A stretch of 64,000 nucleotides of DNA from an uncultured Chloroflexia bacterium (GCA_963774265.1 CAVZDU010000001.1:160001-224000); one strand, 5' to 3'. Positions 1-12,370 are shown, numbered from the stretch's first letter. Notes: generated by a model from the sequence alone, not told the origin. Numbers and translations are program-made.

Positions 1-651
1 CGCGGTGAGGATCAACTCGGCCTCGGGCGCGATCTCGCGCAGCCGGGCGCGCAGCCGCTTGACCGCGGAGTCCACGGCCCGGGTATCGCCGTAGTAGTCG
101 TAGCCCCACACCTGGTTGAGCAGCTCCTCGCGCGAGAAGACCCGGCCGGGCCGCGCCATGAAGGTCCGCAGGAGATCGAACTGGGCAGTGGTCAGTTCAA
201 ACGGTTGCCCGCGCCACGACGCCTCGCGGCGCTCGAGGTCCAGGGTGAGCTCGCCGGCCCGCAGCGCAGTCTGGGGTTCCACGACTCGCGGGGCCGTGCG
301 ACGGAGGACGGTTTTGACGCGCGCCATGAGCTCGCGCACGCTGAAGGGCTTAACCACGTAGTCGTCAGCGCCCACTTCGAGCCCGACGACCCGGTCGATC
401 TCCTCGTCGCGCGCAGTGAGGATGATGATGGGCAGGTCGCCGTCGCGACGCAGCGCGCGACACACGTCCAGCCCGTCGACGCGCGGCAGCATGAGGTCGA
501 GGATGACCAGGTCGGGGCGTTCCGCGCGCGCCAGGCGCAGGGCCTGCTCGCCATCGCGCGCGACGAGGAGCTCGTGCCCGGCCTTCGCCAGGTTATAGGC
601 CAGCACGTCCACGATTGCCTGCTCGTCGTCGACCACGAGGATCCTGCTCAC
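1..651 (-). CDS. OmpR/PhoB-family two-component response regulator (3' end runs off window)
   Basis: Own translation from GTG at 651 (SD GGGGAG): MSRILVVDDEQAIV...PDLVILDLMLP...LTARDEEIDRVVGLEVGADDYVVKPF, then winged helix PGRVFSREELLNQVWGYDYYGDTRAVDSAVKRLR. Confidence 0.93.
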   Translation of the reverse strand, partial: MSRILVVDDEQAIVDVLAYNLAKAGHELLVARDGEQALRLARAERPDLVILDLMLPRVDGLDVCRALRRDGDLPIIILTARDEEIDRVVGLEVGADDYVVKPFSVRELMARVKTVLRRTAPRVVEPQTALRAGELTLDLERREASWRGQPFELTTAQFDLLRTFMARPGRVFSREELLNQVWGYDYYGDTRAVDSAVKRLRARLREIAPEAELILTA

Positions 652-761
652 CTGTCTCCCCCTTGCGGGGCATTATAGCACGGGAATATGGCAGCCATGT
701 GGCAGGAGAGTGGCGGGGACGGGACGCGGATGACGCAGATTTGAAGTATAATCAGCCCGAA

Positions 762-2494
762 ATGCGCACGCTACTGATCAGTCTGAGCGAACATCCCCTG
801 GCCATGCTCCGCGGCATTGCGGAGTTGCGCGGCGTCGAGCTGGCGTCGAACGGCCGCGACGAGGCCGCCGTGCAGTTGGCCGCGGCACTGGGAGATGAAT
901 CGGCGACTGCATCGGCGGTGGACACAGCCTCCGCTGAGGCGCAGACCGCCTGGGCCGCATTGCGCAGGGCTGGCGGCCGGATGAAGACCTCTGTGTTCGC
1001 GCGCCAGCACGGCGAGATCCGCCCTGTCGGGCCGGGCCGGCTGGAGCGGGAGGCGATTTGGCGGCAGCCCGAAAACGCGGCCGAGGAGTTATGGTACCGC
1101 GGGTTGATTTTCCGCACGTTCGCCGATTTCGGCGACGGCCCAATGGAGTACATTTATATCCCGGAGGATTTGCCCCTGCCGCCCCATGCAGGGGGGGCGC
1201 TGGCGGGGGCGCCTCACGCACGCGAGGCGCCCCTGAAACCGGCCGCGCAACCGCACCGCGGCCGGCATGCCCTCAACAGCCTGGCCGTCGATGCCTGCAC
1301 GCTTCTGGCCGCGCTGCGCGAGGATCCCCTCGGGCTGGATGAGCGGGGCCGGGCCGATCAGGGCCGGGTGGCACAACTCCGCGCCGCGTTGCTCCTGCCC
1401 GACGCGACCCGTTTCGACCTGCTGCTCACCCTTGCGCAGGGCAACGGCTGGCTCGCCCCGGACCGCGGCCGATGGGTGCTCGACAACCAGCGCGCCGGCG
1501 AATGGCTGCGACTCACGCATTGGGAGCAGATGTCGCTGCTCTACTCGGCCTGGCGCGACGGCACGGCCTGGAACGACCTGCGCCGGACGCCCGGCCTCCT
1601 TGCCGAAGGCGAATGGTACAACGATGCCCCATTGGCACGGCGCCGGCTGTTGCGACTCCTGGGGCGGCTCGACGCGAAAGGCTGGTACGAGCTGTCCGAT
1701 CTGATCGGCCTCATGAAAAAGGCCGACCCGGATTTCCAGCGGCCGGATGGGAACTACACGGGGTGGTATCTGCAGGAAGCTGGCTCAGGCCGGTATCTCT
1801 CGGGCTTCGAGAACTGGGACGCGGTTGAGGGCCGTCTGCTCCGCTTCCTGATCGAGGGGCCGCTATTCTGGCTGGGCGCCGTTGCGCTGGATGAGGGGGC
1901 CGGCGACAGCGGGGCGGCGCGCGAGGCGGGGCGCGAGGCGCAGCTGTTCCGCCTGACGCCCGCAGGCGCCGCGTGGCTGGCCGCGCGCATGCCGCAGGCC
2001 CCGCCTCGCCCCGCGCGCCTGGCCGTCGCCGACGATTTCAGCGTCACCGCGCCCCTGCTGCTGCCGCTGCTGGACCGTTACCGCCTGTCACGTTTCGCCG
2101 ATCCCGTGGGGGCAGCGCTGGGAGCTGCGCCGGGACACGCTCGTCCCTGCACCCACGCAGCACCGCATCACCCGATCCAGCCTGGCCCGCGCCCGCGCCT
2201 CGGGGCTCAAGGGCCAGGATGCATTATCATTCCTGAGAAAGGCTGCGGGCGGCCGGGTCCCGTCCAGGGTCGCGGCTGCCATCCAACGCTATGACCAGCT
2301 TGGCGGCCAGGTGCGCCTGACTCGCGGCGCGGTCCTGCGCGTTGCCGACGCCGGCACCCTGACTTCCCTGCGCTCTGACCCCCTGATCGCGCCGCTGCTC
2401 GGCGATCTGATCTCCGCCCAGGCCGTCCTCGTCCCTGAGCGCCACCTCGACCGCCTTATCGCCATCCTCCGCGACAGCAGCTACACCGTGGATA

Positions 2495-2502
<8 letters not shown>
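762..2502 (+). CDS. Helicase-associated (Helicase_C_3/XPB-associated-like) domain protein; frameshift near 2130
   Basis: [12 protein letters not shown]...[14 protein letters not shown]...[21 protein letters not shown]...RYRLSRFAD, continuing in another frame ([14 protein letters not shown]...[11 protein letters not shown]) to TGA 2502; TATAAT at 747-752. Confidence 0.65.
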
Positions 2503-3591
<1,089 letters not shown>

Positions 3592-3597
3592 AGTACG

Positions 3598-3626
3598 ATT
3601 ATAACCGCGGTTGGGGGCCGGTTCAA
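3598..3626 (-). promoter_or_regulatory. Sigma70-type promoter for the radical SAM gene (probably leaderless mRNA)
   Basis: TTGAAC-N17-TATAAT-N6-ATG on minus strand, no SD. Confidence 0.7.
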
Positions 3627-3642
3627 TTGGCGAGGTTACGAT

Positions 3643-3738
3643 TCACGCCGGGATCAAAATCGCGACCATCGTGAACGCCACCAGGGTGGCCAGGGTCATC
3701 AGCCCCGCGACCGTCGCCTCGGAGGTGAGATAGATCAT
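3643..3738 (-). CDS. 31-aa hydrophobic small protein MIYLTSEATVAGLMTLATLVAFTMVAILIPA
   Basis: ATG 3738 to TGA 3643, SD-like GCGGAG, upstream TTGAAA-N16-TAGAAT; one TM-length hydrophobic stretch; below the ORF-track length cutoff. Confidence 0.55.
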   Translation of the reverse strand: MIYLTSEATVAGLMTLATLVAFTMVAILIPA

Positions 3739-3860
3739 GGGCTCCGCTTTCTGGTCAGGATTGCGGAGCCCATTCTAGCCCGCCGCGGCGCGATTTCAAT
3801 GAAAGGCGGGGTCGCCGCTCCAGCGCTGGCCGGAGGGCTGCTGCTGGAACAGGCGCGCCT

Positions 3861-6501
3861 TCAGCTGCCGGGCGCGGTCGTCACGATGTTCACCAGGCGA
3901 CCGGGCACGTAGATGATGCGGCTGATCGTTCGGTCGGTTGTCCCGCCGTGCAGGGCGCGCTGCACCGCAGGGCTGGCCAGGGCCAGGCTGCGGACTTCAG
4001 CCTCGCCCGCGCCGGGCGGCAGCGCCAGGCGATCGCGCACGCGGCCATCCACCTGCACGACCAGGGTCACGTCTTCGCCAACGGTTGCGTCTCCGGCGGG
4101 CGAAGCCTCGGCGGGCGAGGTCGCTGCAACCGCCCCCGCAGGCCACGGCTGATCGTGCACGCTGTACGGCCCGCCCAGGCGCTCCCACAGCTCCTCGGCC
4201 ATGTGCGGGGCGAACGGCGCCAGCAGCAGCACGAAATCAGCCACCGTGCGGCGCAGCGCGGGGGTGACGCCCCGGCTGGTGCGATAGCTGCTCATGGCGT
4301 TCAGGCACTGCATCAGCGTCGACACCGCCGTGTTGAACTCCAGCCGCTCGATTTTGCCCGCCACGGCGCCGGACGCCCGGCGCACGACCCGCGCCAGGTG
4401 CTCGTCGGGGATGCCGGCCTGGCCATCGTGACGGCTCGCCGCCTCGATTGCAGCCGCGGGACTGCCCCCGCCCAGCCCTGCCACCTCGTTCGCCAGGCCG
4501 CCAGATCCGCTCCAGGAAGCGCCGCGCGCCGGTGATCCCCTCTTCCTCCCACACCGTGTCGTTCTCGAAGGGGGCCATGAACAACAGGTAAATCCGCAGC
4601 GCGTCCGCGCCGTGCGTCTCGGCCACGCTGTCGGGTGTGACCACGTTGTTCGCCGACTTGGACATGCGCCGCAGCTCGCCGGTCAGCGGATCGCGTGCGT
4701 GCATGGTGCCCTGGCTGCGCAGGACGGGGAACGGCTCGCGGAACGGCACGATCCCGGCGTCGGCCATTACCTTGGTCCAGAACCGGGCATACAACAGGTG
4801 CATCACGGCATGCTCCGCGCCGCCGACGTACAGGTCCGGGCTGCCCCACTCCGCCAGGGCCGCCGGATCGAAGGGGCCGCCGGCAAAGTGCGGGCTGACG
4901 AAGCGCAGGTAGTACCAGCTCGAGCAGGCGAAGCCGTCCATGGTGTCGGTCTCGCGGCGCGCCGGTCCGCGGCATTGCGGGCAGCGCGTCTCGACGAATG
5001 CCGGCAGGCTCGCCAGCGGCGACCGCGGCCCCTCCGCGGCATCCTCGCCTGGTAGCCAGTGCTCGATCGCCGGCAGCAGCACCGGCAGCTCCGCCTCGGG
5101 CACGGGCACCGTGCCGCAGGCAGCGCAGTGGATCATGGGGATGGGCGCGCCCCAGTAACGCTGCCGCGAGATCAGCCAGTCGCGCATCCTGGTCTGCACG
5201 CTGCGCCTCCCGATGCCGCGCTCCACCAGCCAGGCCGTGATGCCCGCAGCCGCTTCGGTGGAGGGCAGCCCGGTCCACGCCCCCGCATCGATCATGACGC
5301 CGGGTCCGGTATACGCGGCCTCAGGCGCGCCGTCGCGCACCCCCGGCTGCTCCACCACCACCTTGACCGGTAGCCCGTGCCGGGTGGCAAACTCGAAATC
5401 GCGTGCATCGTGCGCGGGCACGCCCATGATCGCGCCGCTGCCGTGCGCTGCCAGCACATAATCGGCCACGTACACGGGCACACGCTCGCCGTTCAGCGGG
5501 TTGGTTGCGTATGCGCCGGTGAAGGCGCCGTCGCGCGGCCCGGCGCCGGCTCGGTCGCCCCGAATCCGGTCGATGTCGCTGCGCCGCGCGGCCTGCTCAC
5601 GATACTCTGCCACCGCAGCCCGCTGTCCGGGGGTCGTGATGCGATCCACCGCCGGATGCTCCGGCGCCAGCGCGACGAAGGTCACGCCGGGAATGGTGTC
5701 GGGCCGCGTGGTGTAGACGTCCAGGCGGGTCTCAGCTCCCCCGGCCGCGTCGCCCGCGACCGCCATGCCGAACGCCACGCCCTCGCTCCGCCCGATCCAG
5801 TTGCGCTGCATGGCGACGATATGCTCGGGCCAGTCCAGCGTCGCCAGGTCGTCCAGCAGCTGGTCGGCATAGGCCGTAATGCGGAAGTACCACTGCTTCA
5901 TCTCGCGCTTGTAGACGCCCTCGTGGCCGCGCCAACAGACCCCATTGGCATCGATCTGCTCGTTGGCCAGCACGGTCTTGCAGCCGGGGCACCACCACTG
6001 CCTGCCGGACGCGCGGTAGGCCAGGCCGCGGCGCCACAGCAGCAGGAAGAACCACTGCGTCCAGCGGTAGAACTCGGGGTCGCTCGAGTTGATCTCCCGC
6101 TCCCAGTCATACGAGCAGCCCATCAGCGTCAGCTGGCGTCGGTAGTTGGCCGCGTAGCGCGTCGTGGTCTCGCGCGGGTGGATGCCGCGTTTGATCGCCT
6201 CGTTCTCCGCGGGCAGCCCGAACGCGTCCCACCCCATGGGATGCAGCACGGCGCGCCCCTGCATGCGATAAGCGCGCGCGATCACGTCGCTGGGCACGTA
6301 GTTGCGCCCATGGCCGACACTCAACCCGCTCCCTGACGGATAGGGGAAGAACTCCAGGCAGTAGAACTTGGTCCGGCCTGGGCCGGGCAGCCGCGTCCGG
6401 TACAGCGCGTCGTCCGCCCAGCGCGTCCGCCACTTGCTCTCGACCGCAACGTGGTCGTACGCGGCGCTGGGGCGGGTCTGCGCCCTCGCCTCTCGGTTCA
6501 T
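3861..6501 (-). CDS. leuS: Leucine--tRNA ligase; one frameshift near 4500
   Basis: FPYPSG.GLSVGH (HIGH-like), MGWDAFGLPAEN, YTTRPDT/VPAHD editing domain, DWLISRQRYWG, ETDTMD, GGAEHAVMHLLYARF, RMSKS, C-terminal VVQVDGRVR...IYVPGRLVNIV. Confidence 0.95.
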
Positions 6502-6559
6502 CGCTTCATCGGTGTCTGCGCGAGCCCCATGTGAATCGCTCCTTTCGTGCGTACCCGGC

Positions 6560-6760
6560 TCAGCCGCCGCTGATCAGGTGGATCGCCTGCATCTCCGTGC
6601 CGTCGGGCACGGGGGTCGTCCCAAAGTCGCGGCGCAGCACGACCTGGCCGTCGATCTTGACGACGATCATCCTGAAGCTGAACTTGAGCGCGTCAAGAAC
6701 GTCCTGCACGGTCATGCCGTCCCGGTGCTCGACTTCGTATTGACCGTTAACGCGAATCAT
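6560..6760 (-). CDS. MoaD/ThiS-family sulfur carrier protein
   Basis: 66 aa ending in ISGG; TATAAT 6 nt before the ATG. Confidence 0.88.
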   Translation of the reverse strand: MIRVNGQYEVEHRDGMTVQDVLDALKFSFRMIVVKIDGQVVLRRDFGTTPVPDGTEMQAIHLISGG

Positions 6761-6832
6761 GCCTCGATTATATCTCACCCGCTCGGTTCGCCAACACAAG
6801 GCGGAACCGAGTCCGCTTCTCTGTGGGCTTCT

Positions 6833-9800
6833 CTATTCCGATCGCCAGTACAGATAGGCGTCATTCGCATAGTCGAAGAAGCAATCAGAACCTTCGCAGC
6901 GGACGCGGAATTCGACCTGCTGTCCCGGGCGGACTGGCCAATGCACTGGCCCATTTTCACCCAGGTCGATGACGGACTGCGGCAGGCGCAACGTGATCGC
7001 GCTCTGGCTATAGCCCGAGGCTCCTGTGAAAAGAAGGCGCAGGCCATCGATGGTGATGTCATAACCTGGCTGATCGCCTTGATCGGATGGGTTTACATCT
7101 GCTCGTTGCACCACTTCATCGACTATGCCCTGGCCGATCACCTCCGTGTCTCCCAAAATAGGGGCGCCTGCAAACAAAGCGATCTCCTTGATGGTGGCTG
7201 TTCCGGCCGTGTCTGTAATCTCTAGGGTGTAGTATTGGGTGTCCATAGGGCAGACCTGTCGGGTGCCCACACCTGCGACGCCTTCACCATCCAGATAGAC
7301 GGTCAGAACGTTCACCACCCGCCAATGCAGAGTTGTGCATCCTCCTGCAGGCAGCGTGTACTGCTCAGCCCAGAAGGCCGCGTCGACATCGCCCCCTGGT
7401 GTCACGATGATAGCCAGGCGCCTCGTGATGGTCATGCCCGAGCGGATCACAGTCAAGAAATACTCGGTGGTGGCGGCCGGACACACGAGTCGCGTGCCCT
7501 CTCCTGTCACCGCCTGTCCATCCAGGTAAATCGCCTGGGCATTTGTCACAGACCAGTGAATGCTCGTACACTCGCCGGGCTCCAACTGATAACGATCCGC
7601 CCAGAAAGAGTCAATCGTGGAAGGCTGGGGTGCGAAGACCAGGGGCAGGTAGACACCGGTCAGGGCCGGGATCCCCAGCCAGTTCAACACCCGCTCCATC
7701 ACCGCGATGCGATCGGCCGCGCTGTTGATTGCTTCAAAGCCGAAGGCGAAGTAGACCACCTTGTAGGCGCCGGCGTCGAAGCGTAAGCCCGCGGTGCCTG
7801 AGCCGACATTGCCCGCGGGCGCCGACGCTGCACTCGCCGCGGGCGTGGCCGGCGCATGGGGCTGCGGCTGGCGATTCGCGTCAAGTGGTGCAGCCGGCGC
7901 AGCTTCTGCGGGCCGGATCGGTTCGGCCAGCATGGCGCTTGCGCCCGCCCGATAGGTGAAGACGACCTCGGCCGGCGCGATGGGATCGATCTCGTCCTTC
8001 GAGTACTGGTTGTTGGCGCCGTCGCCGCCCGAGATATTCAACGCCAGCCCGCCCCCGATGGGATCATCGGCCGCGCCGGCCAGGGCGTACAGGCCCGTGT
8101 CCTCCTGCCGGAAGGTCGCATGCAGATAATTCTTAAGGAAGTCCTCGCCGTACCAGTAAGCTTGGAATTGGGCGATGTTCTGGCCGGTGATGAACAGCTT
8201 ACCGCCTGCATCCAGGTACGCCTGCAAATGGAGAACGCTTTCAAACCTGCTGTCCGTGGCGTGACCCGAGTAGGGCACAGCCCAGATCACCCCGCCGGCT
8301 GTGTATTGGTTCAGGATGGCGCTGCCCGGCTCGCCACGGAGCCCCGTGTCCCAGGGGTCGTAGCGGTAGCCCAGGGCCTCCAGGGCCCGGGTATAGTAAG
8401 GCCGAAACCAGGTGGTGTCGGAAGGGGTGTCGTTGCCGCCGGCATCCGCCACAAAGAGGATGGCGGCCGTCTTGACAAACTTGGGCAACACCCTAAAGGA
8501 GTTCTGACCCGGACAGCGGTAGCTGTTGCCTTCATCATCCGTGGCGCGGGCGCGATAGGTGACCTGGCTGCCCACCGGCAGCGGCCCGTGTTGAATGCCC
8601 CACATCCCATCGCCGGCCGCCCCGTCGTCGTGCATACCATCGTCGAACATCCGCAGATCCGCCTGCGCGACGCCGTCCAGCGTCCACATGAGGTGAACAC
8701 TGGCCACCCCCGTCTCATCCTTCGCATAGGCGCGGAAGGTGATGGTGTCATCATCCTCCGGGTTTGGCCAGGGCCGATGTTCAATCACCAACACATAAGG
8801 GGGTGGATTGAGGTCTTTACGCTCATCGGGGCTGCCAAACCAGATGTCCGGGTTGTCGCTGCGGTCCGACTGCCAGGCGATGCCAACGCGCCCTGACGCC
8901 AACTCGACTGCCGCAGGCGCACCGTCATCCCCTACGAAGCGCGTGAATTGCGCCTCATCTGACCAGGTCTCTCCCTGATCCACGCTGGTGCGATACCAGA
9001 TGTCCCCACCCCATTCATACACAAGCCAAAGGACCCCGTCGACCGCTGCCAGGCCGGGCCTGTCGCGCCCCACGTCAGTAATGGGCGTCGGGTCCGACCA
9101 GGTGTCGCCGCCATCTGTGCTGCTGCTCTGGTGCAGCCAGTTGTAGCGATTCCAGACCACCACCAGCCGGCCGGCTGCCGCTTGCGTTATGGCAGGCGCG
9201 GTGTCGCGAGCGTCACGGGTGAGTTGAATATCGCTCGACCAGGTGCTGCCGCCGTCCGCGCTGGTCTTGTACCAGATAGAGGAGTAGTAATAAAAGGGGC
9301 GATCGGACTGCCACACCACCCACAACGTGCCGCCGGCCGCCTGAAAAACAACGGGGTCGGAGTCGCTGGTGGGGTCCCCGGCGGGATCGCTGGTGAGCTG
9401 TCGTTCCGCCGACCACGTGACGCCATGGTCGAGACTGGTCCGGAGCCAGATGTCGCCGTCGCGGTCATACGCGAGCCACAAAGTTCCATCCACCACGCGC
9501 GCCAGGCTAGGATTGTAGCGGCAGCAACCGTCGATCCGTATCTCAGCCGCCCACGTCGCACCGCCATCCGTGCTGGCGCGCGACCACAGGCTGGCATTCC
9601 GCACGAACACGGTCAGCAGCCTGCCGTCGGCCGTCTCCACCAGAGCAGGCGAAGTGTCATCCCCCTGGTCCGTCGTCACCTGCACCACGCCAGCGGCGAT
9701 GGAGAAAGGCCGGGCCGCGGTCCAGTCGCCCCAGGCGCCGTCGAGTAAGGCACGCACGCGCCAGTAACGCGTGCCGATGGTCGCCAGGCGGTAGGTGAAG

Positions 9801-12214
9801 CTGGTGCCGTTTTCGGCCTCATTGATCAGGTCGGGCGAGTCGAAGGCCGGCACGGTGTCGATCTGAATCTCGTAGCCTGTGGCGCCGGGCACGTTGAGCC
9901 AGGCAAAGTTGACATCGCCGGCCGGAACCACCTGCCCCCTGGCGGGCGTGAGTTGTACCGGCTGCGGTGGTCTGGCTTCAAGCCAGGCCAGGGCGCGTTC
10001 CATGACACCCGCGCGGTCCGCTGCGTTGTTGATGGCTTCAAAGCCGAAGGCAAAGTAAACCACCTTATAGATGCCTGTGTCGACGTGTAACCCCGCAGTA
10101 CATGAGCCGTTACAGGCCGCCGGCGTAACAGGCGGCGCGGTCGGCGTAGGCCGGGCGGTCGGCGCAGGTGGCGGGGTCAGCGCAGGCACAGCGGTCGCTG
10201 CCGGCGCGGGCAGAGCGGTGGGCGCAGGCGCAACGATCGGGGCTGCGGTCGGCGCAGGCGGCGTAGCGGACGCATCCCCTTGCAGCGGAGCGCCGGTCCG
10301 GTAGGTGAAGGCGACCTCGGCCGGCGCGATGGGATCGATCTCATCCTTGGAGTGCTGGTTGTTGGCGCCGTCACCGCCCGAGATGTTCAGTGCCAACCCG
10401 CCGCCGATGGCATCACCGGTGCGGCCAGCGATGCCATACAGTTCTGTGTTCTGATTCCGAAAGATCGCGTGCAGGTAGCCATTGAGGAAGCCGGCGCCAG
10501 AGTACCAGGAAACACGCTGCGCGATATCCTGCCCGGTGATGAACAGCTTGCCCCCCGCGTCCAGGTAACTCTGCACCGCCGCGCGCTGACTGTCCTCTTC
10601 GGTGAGGTAGCCCTCGAAGGGCGCGGCCCAGATGACGATGCCGCCGGTGTACTGGTTCAGGATCGCGCTGCCCGGTTCGCAGCGGCGCCCCGTGTCCCAG
10701 AGGTCGTAGGCGTAGCCCAGGTGGTCCAGGGCGTTGGTGTAGTGGAGGCGGAACCAGTCAGTATCGTAGCCTCGGTAATCCGGCACGAAGAGGACGTCGG
10801 CCGTCTTGGCAAACTGCGGCAGCACCATGAAGGAGTCCTGATGCGGATGGAGATAGGTATTGCCATCCGTATCCGTGGCGCGGGCGCGATAGGTGACCTG
10901 GCTGCCCTCCGGCAGCGGGCCGACTCGGACGCCCCACACGCCGTCGCCGGCCACATCGTCGTCGTGCGCGCCGTCGTCGACCATCAGCAGGTCGTCCTGC
11001 GCGACGCCACCCAACATCCACACCAGGTGGACGCTGGCCACGCCGGTCTCATCATGGCTGAAAGCACGGAGAGTGATCATGTCGTCGCTCTCCAGGTTGC
11101 ATCGCGGCCGACGCTCGACCCATTCGATGTAGGGCGGTGGGTTATCATCCTCCCGCGCGCCGGGGCTGCCGAACCAGATGTCCTGGTTGCCGCTGCGGAT
11201 GGAGTGCCAGACGAGACCTACCTTGCCGGTCGCCAACGCGGCCAACGTCACCCCGCCGTCGCTCGTGACGAAGCGCGTGAAGACCGTCGCATTTGACCAG
11301 GTGGCGCCCCCATCCGCGCTTGTGCGATACCAGATGTCTTGCTCCTGTTCGTACGCCAGCCACAGGTCTCCGCCGGCCGCCGCCAGGCTGGGCCTGTACC
11401 GGCAACATGGGGCGATCTGCCTCTCGACCGACCAGATCGCGCCGCTATCCGCGCTGCTGCGCTGCAACAGCACACCCTCCCCCCGGTTCCAGGCAACCAC
11501 AATCCGGCCATCTGCGACTTGCGTTATGGTAGGTGCGCGGTCGTCTGCGACGTTGGTCGTGAGCTGGGTATCAGCCGACCAGGTGGCGCCGGCGTCTGCA
11601 CTGGTCTTGTACCAGAGATCAGAGTTGCCCGCGCGATCAGACTGCCACACGATCCAGAGCGCGCCATTGGCCGCCTGTAAGCCCACTGGGTCATAATCTC
11701 TATCGGAATCGGTGGTAAGCGGGTGCTCTGCCGACCAGGTGACGCCTCCGTCGGTGCTGGTGCGGAGCCGAATCTCGCGCTTGACGACCACATAGCCCGG
11801 TTCGACCTCGATCACGCTTTCGAGGTCATAGGCCAGCCACAAGGTCCCATCCGCCGCGCGCGCCAGGCTGTGATTGTTGCGGCAGCAGCCGGCGACATAA
11901 GTCTCATCCCCCCACGTCGCGCCGCCGTCCGTGCTGGTGCGCAACCACAGGGCGCCGTAGCGCGAGAACACCGTCAACAGCTTGCCGCCGGCCGTCTCGA
12001 CCAGCGCGGGCGAGGTGTCATCCGCCTGGTCCGTCATCACCTGCACCACCGGCAAGGATTGTGGTCCCGCCGGTGACCGGGCTGCCGCGCCCGGCGCAAC
12101 CGATAGCGTGGCCGCGTCGGCTTCGAAACACAATAACAGCGTTGCAGCGACTACGAGGCGTAATGCGCAGGACAGAGAGTGCTTGGAGAGGGAGCCGGGC
12201 CTTAGCAATAACAT
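6833..12214 (-). CDS. ~1790-aa secreted protein: two BNR/Asp-box propeller + DDGxHDD + alpha/beta modules, FN3-like linker, VYLPLV motif, C-terminal Ig-like repeats
   Basis: SD AAAGGAGG, signal-like N-terminus, many S-x-D-G-G-x-T-W boxes, internal duplication visible in DNA and protein. Confidence 0.8.
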   Translation of the reverse strand: MLLLRPGSLSKHSLSCALRLVVAATLLLCFEADAATLSVAPGAAARSPAGPQSLPVVQVMTDQADDTSPALVETAGGKLLTVFSRYGALWLRTSTDGGATWGDETYVAGCCRNNHSLARAADGTLWLAYDLESVIEVEPGYVVVKREIRLRTSTDGGVTWSAEHPLTTDSDRDYDPVGLQAANGALWIVWQSDRAGNSDLWYKTSADAGATWSADTQLTTNVADDRAPTITQVADGRIVVAWNRGEGVLLQRSSADSGAIWSVERQIAPCCRYRPSLAAAGGDLWLAYEQEQDIWYRTSADGGATWSNATVFTRFVTSDGGVTLAALATGKVGLVWHSIRSGNQDIWFGSPGAREDDNPPPYIEWVERRPRCNLESDDMITLRAFSHDETGVASVHLVWMLGGVAQDDLLMVDDGAHDDDVAGDGVWGVRVGPLPEGSQVTYRARATDTDGNTYLHPHQDSFMVLPQFAKTADVLFVPDYRGYDTDWFRLHYTNALDHLGYAYDLWDTGRRCEPGSAILNQYTGGIVIWAAPFEGYLTEEDSQRAAVQSYLDAGGKLFITGQDIAQRVSWYSGAGFLNGYLHAIFRNQNTELYGIAGRTGDAIGGGLALNISGGDGANNQHSKDEIDPIAPAEVAFTYRTGAPLQGDASATPPAPTAAPIVAPAPTALPAPAATAVPALTPPPAPTARPTPTAPPVTPAACNGSCTAGLHVDTGIYKVVYFAFGFEAINNAADRAGVMERALAWLEARPPQPVQLTPARGQVVPAGDVNFAWLNVPGATGYEIQIDTVPAFDSPDLINEAENGTSFTYRLATIGTRYWRVRALLDGAWGDWTAARPFSIAAGVVQVTTDQGDDTSPALVETADGRLLTVFVRNASLWSRASTDGGATWAAEIRIDGCCRYNPSLARVVDGTLWLAYDRDGDIWLRTSLDHGVTWSAERQLTSDPAGDPTSDSDPVVFQAAGGTLWVVWQSDRPFYYYSSIWYKTSADGGSTWSSDIQLTRDARDTAPAITQAAAGRLVVVWNRYNWLHQSSSTDGGDTWSDPTPITDVGRDRPGLAAVDGVLWLVYEWGGDIWYRTSVDQGETWSDEAQFTRFVGDDGAPAAVELASGRVGIAWQSDRSDNPDIWFGSPDERKDLNPPPYVLVIEHRPWPNPEDDDTITFRAYAKDETGVASVHLMWTLDGVAQADLRMFDDGMHDDGAAGDGMWGIQHGPLPVGSQVTYRARATDDEGNSYRCPGQNSFRVLPKFVKTAAILFVADAGGNDTPSDTTWFRPYYTRALEALGYRYDPWDTGLRGEPGSAILNQYTAGGVIWAVPYSGHATDSRFESVLHLQAYLDAGGKLFITGQNIAQFQAYWYGEDFLKNYLHATFRQEDTGLYALAGAADDPIGGGLALNISGGDGANNQYSKDEIDPIAPAEVVFTYRAGASAMLAEPIRPAEAAPAAPLDANRQPQPHAPATPAASAASAPAGNVGSGTAGLRFDAGAYKVVYFAFGFEAINSAADRIAVMERVLNWLGIPALTGVYLPLVFAPQPSTIDSFWADRYQLEPGECTSIHWSVTNAQAIYLDGQAVTGEGTRLVCPAATTEYFLTVIRSGMTITRRLAIIVTPGGDVDAAFWAEQYTLPAGGCTTLHWRVVNVLTVYLDGEGVAGVGTRQVCPMDTQYYTLEITDTAGTATIKEIALFAGAPILGDTEVIGQGIVDEVVQRADVNPSDQGDQPGYDITIDGLRLLFTGASGYSQSAITLRLPQSVIDLGENGPVHWPVRPGQQVEFRVRCEGSDCFFDYANDAYLYWRSE

Positions 12215-12370
12215 AGTACCTCCTTTGCCAAGGGGCCAGACAATCACGTGTGAGGGCAATGCTATTCTAGGACGACGAGGATTCGACGTCAAGGGGGAAT
12301 TGATTACAAACAACGTGCCAGGCAACGCTGGCGCGCGCCTGGCACGTGAGACTGAGCCGTCCTGCAGCTG

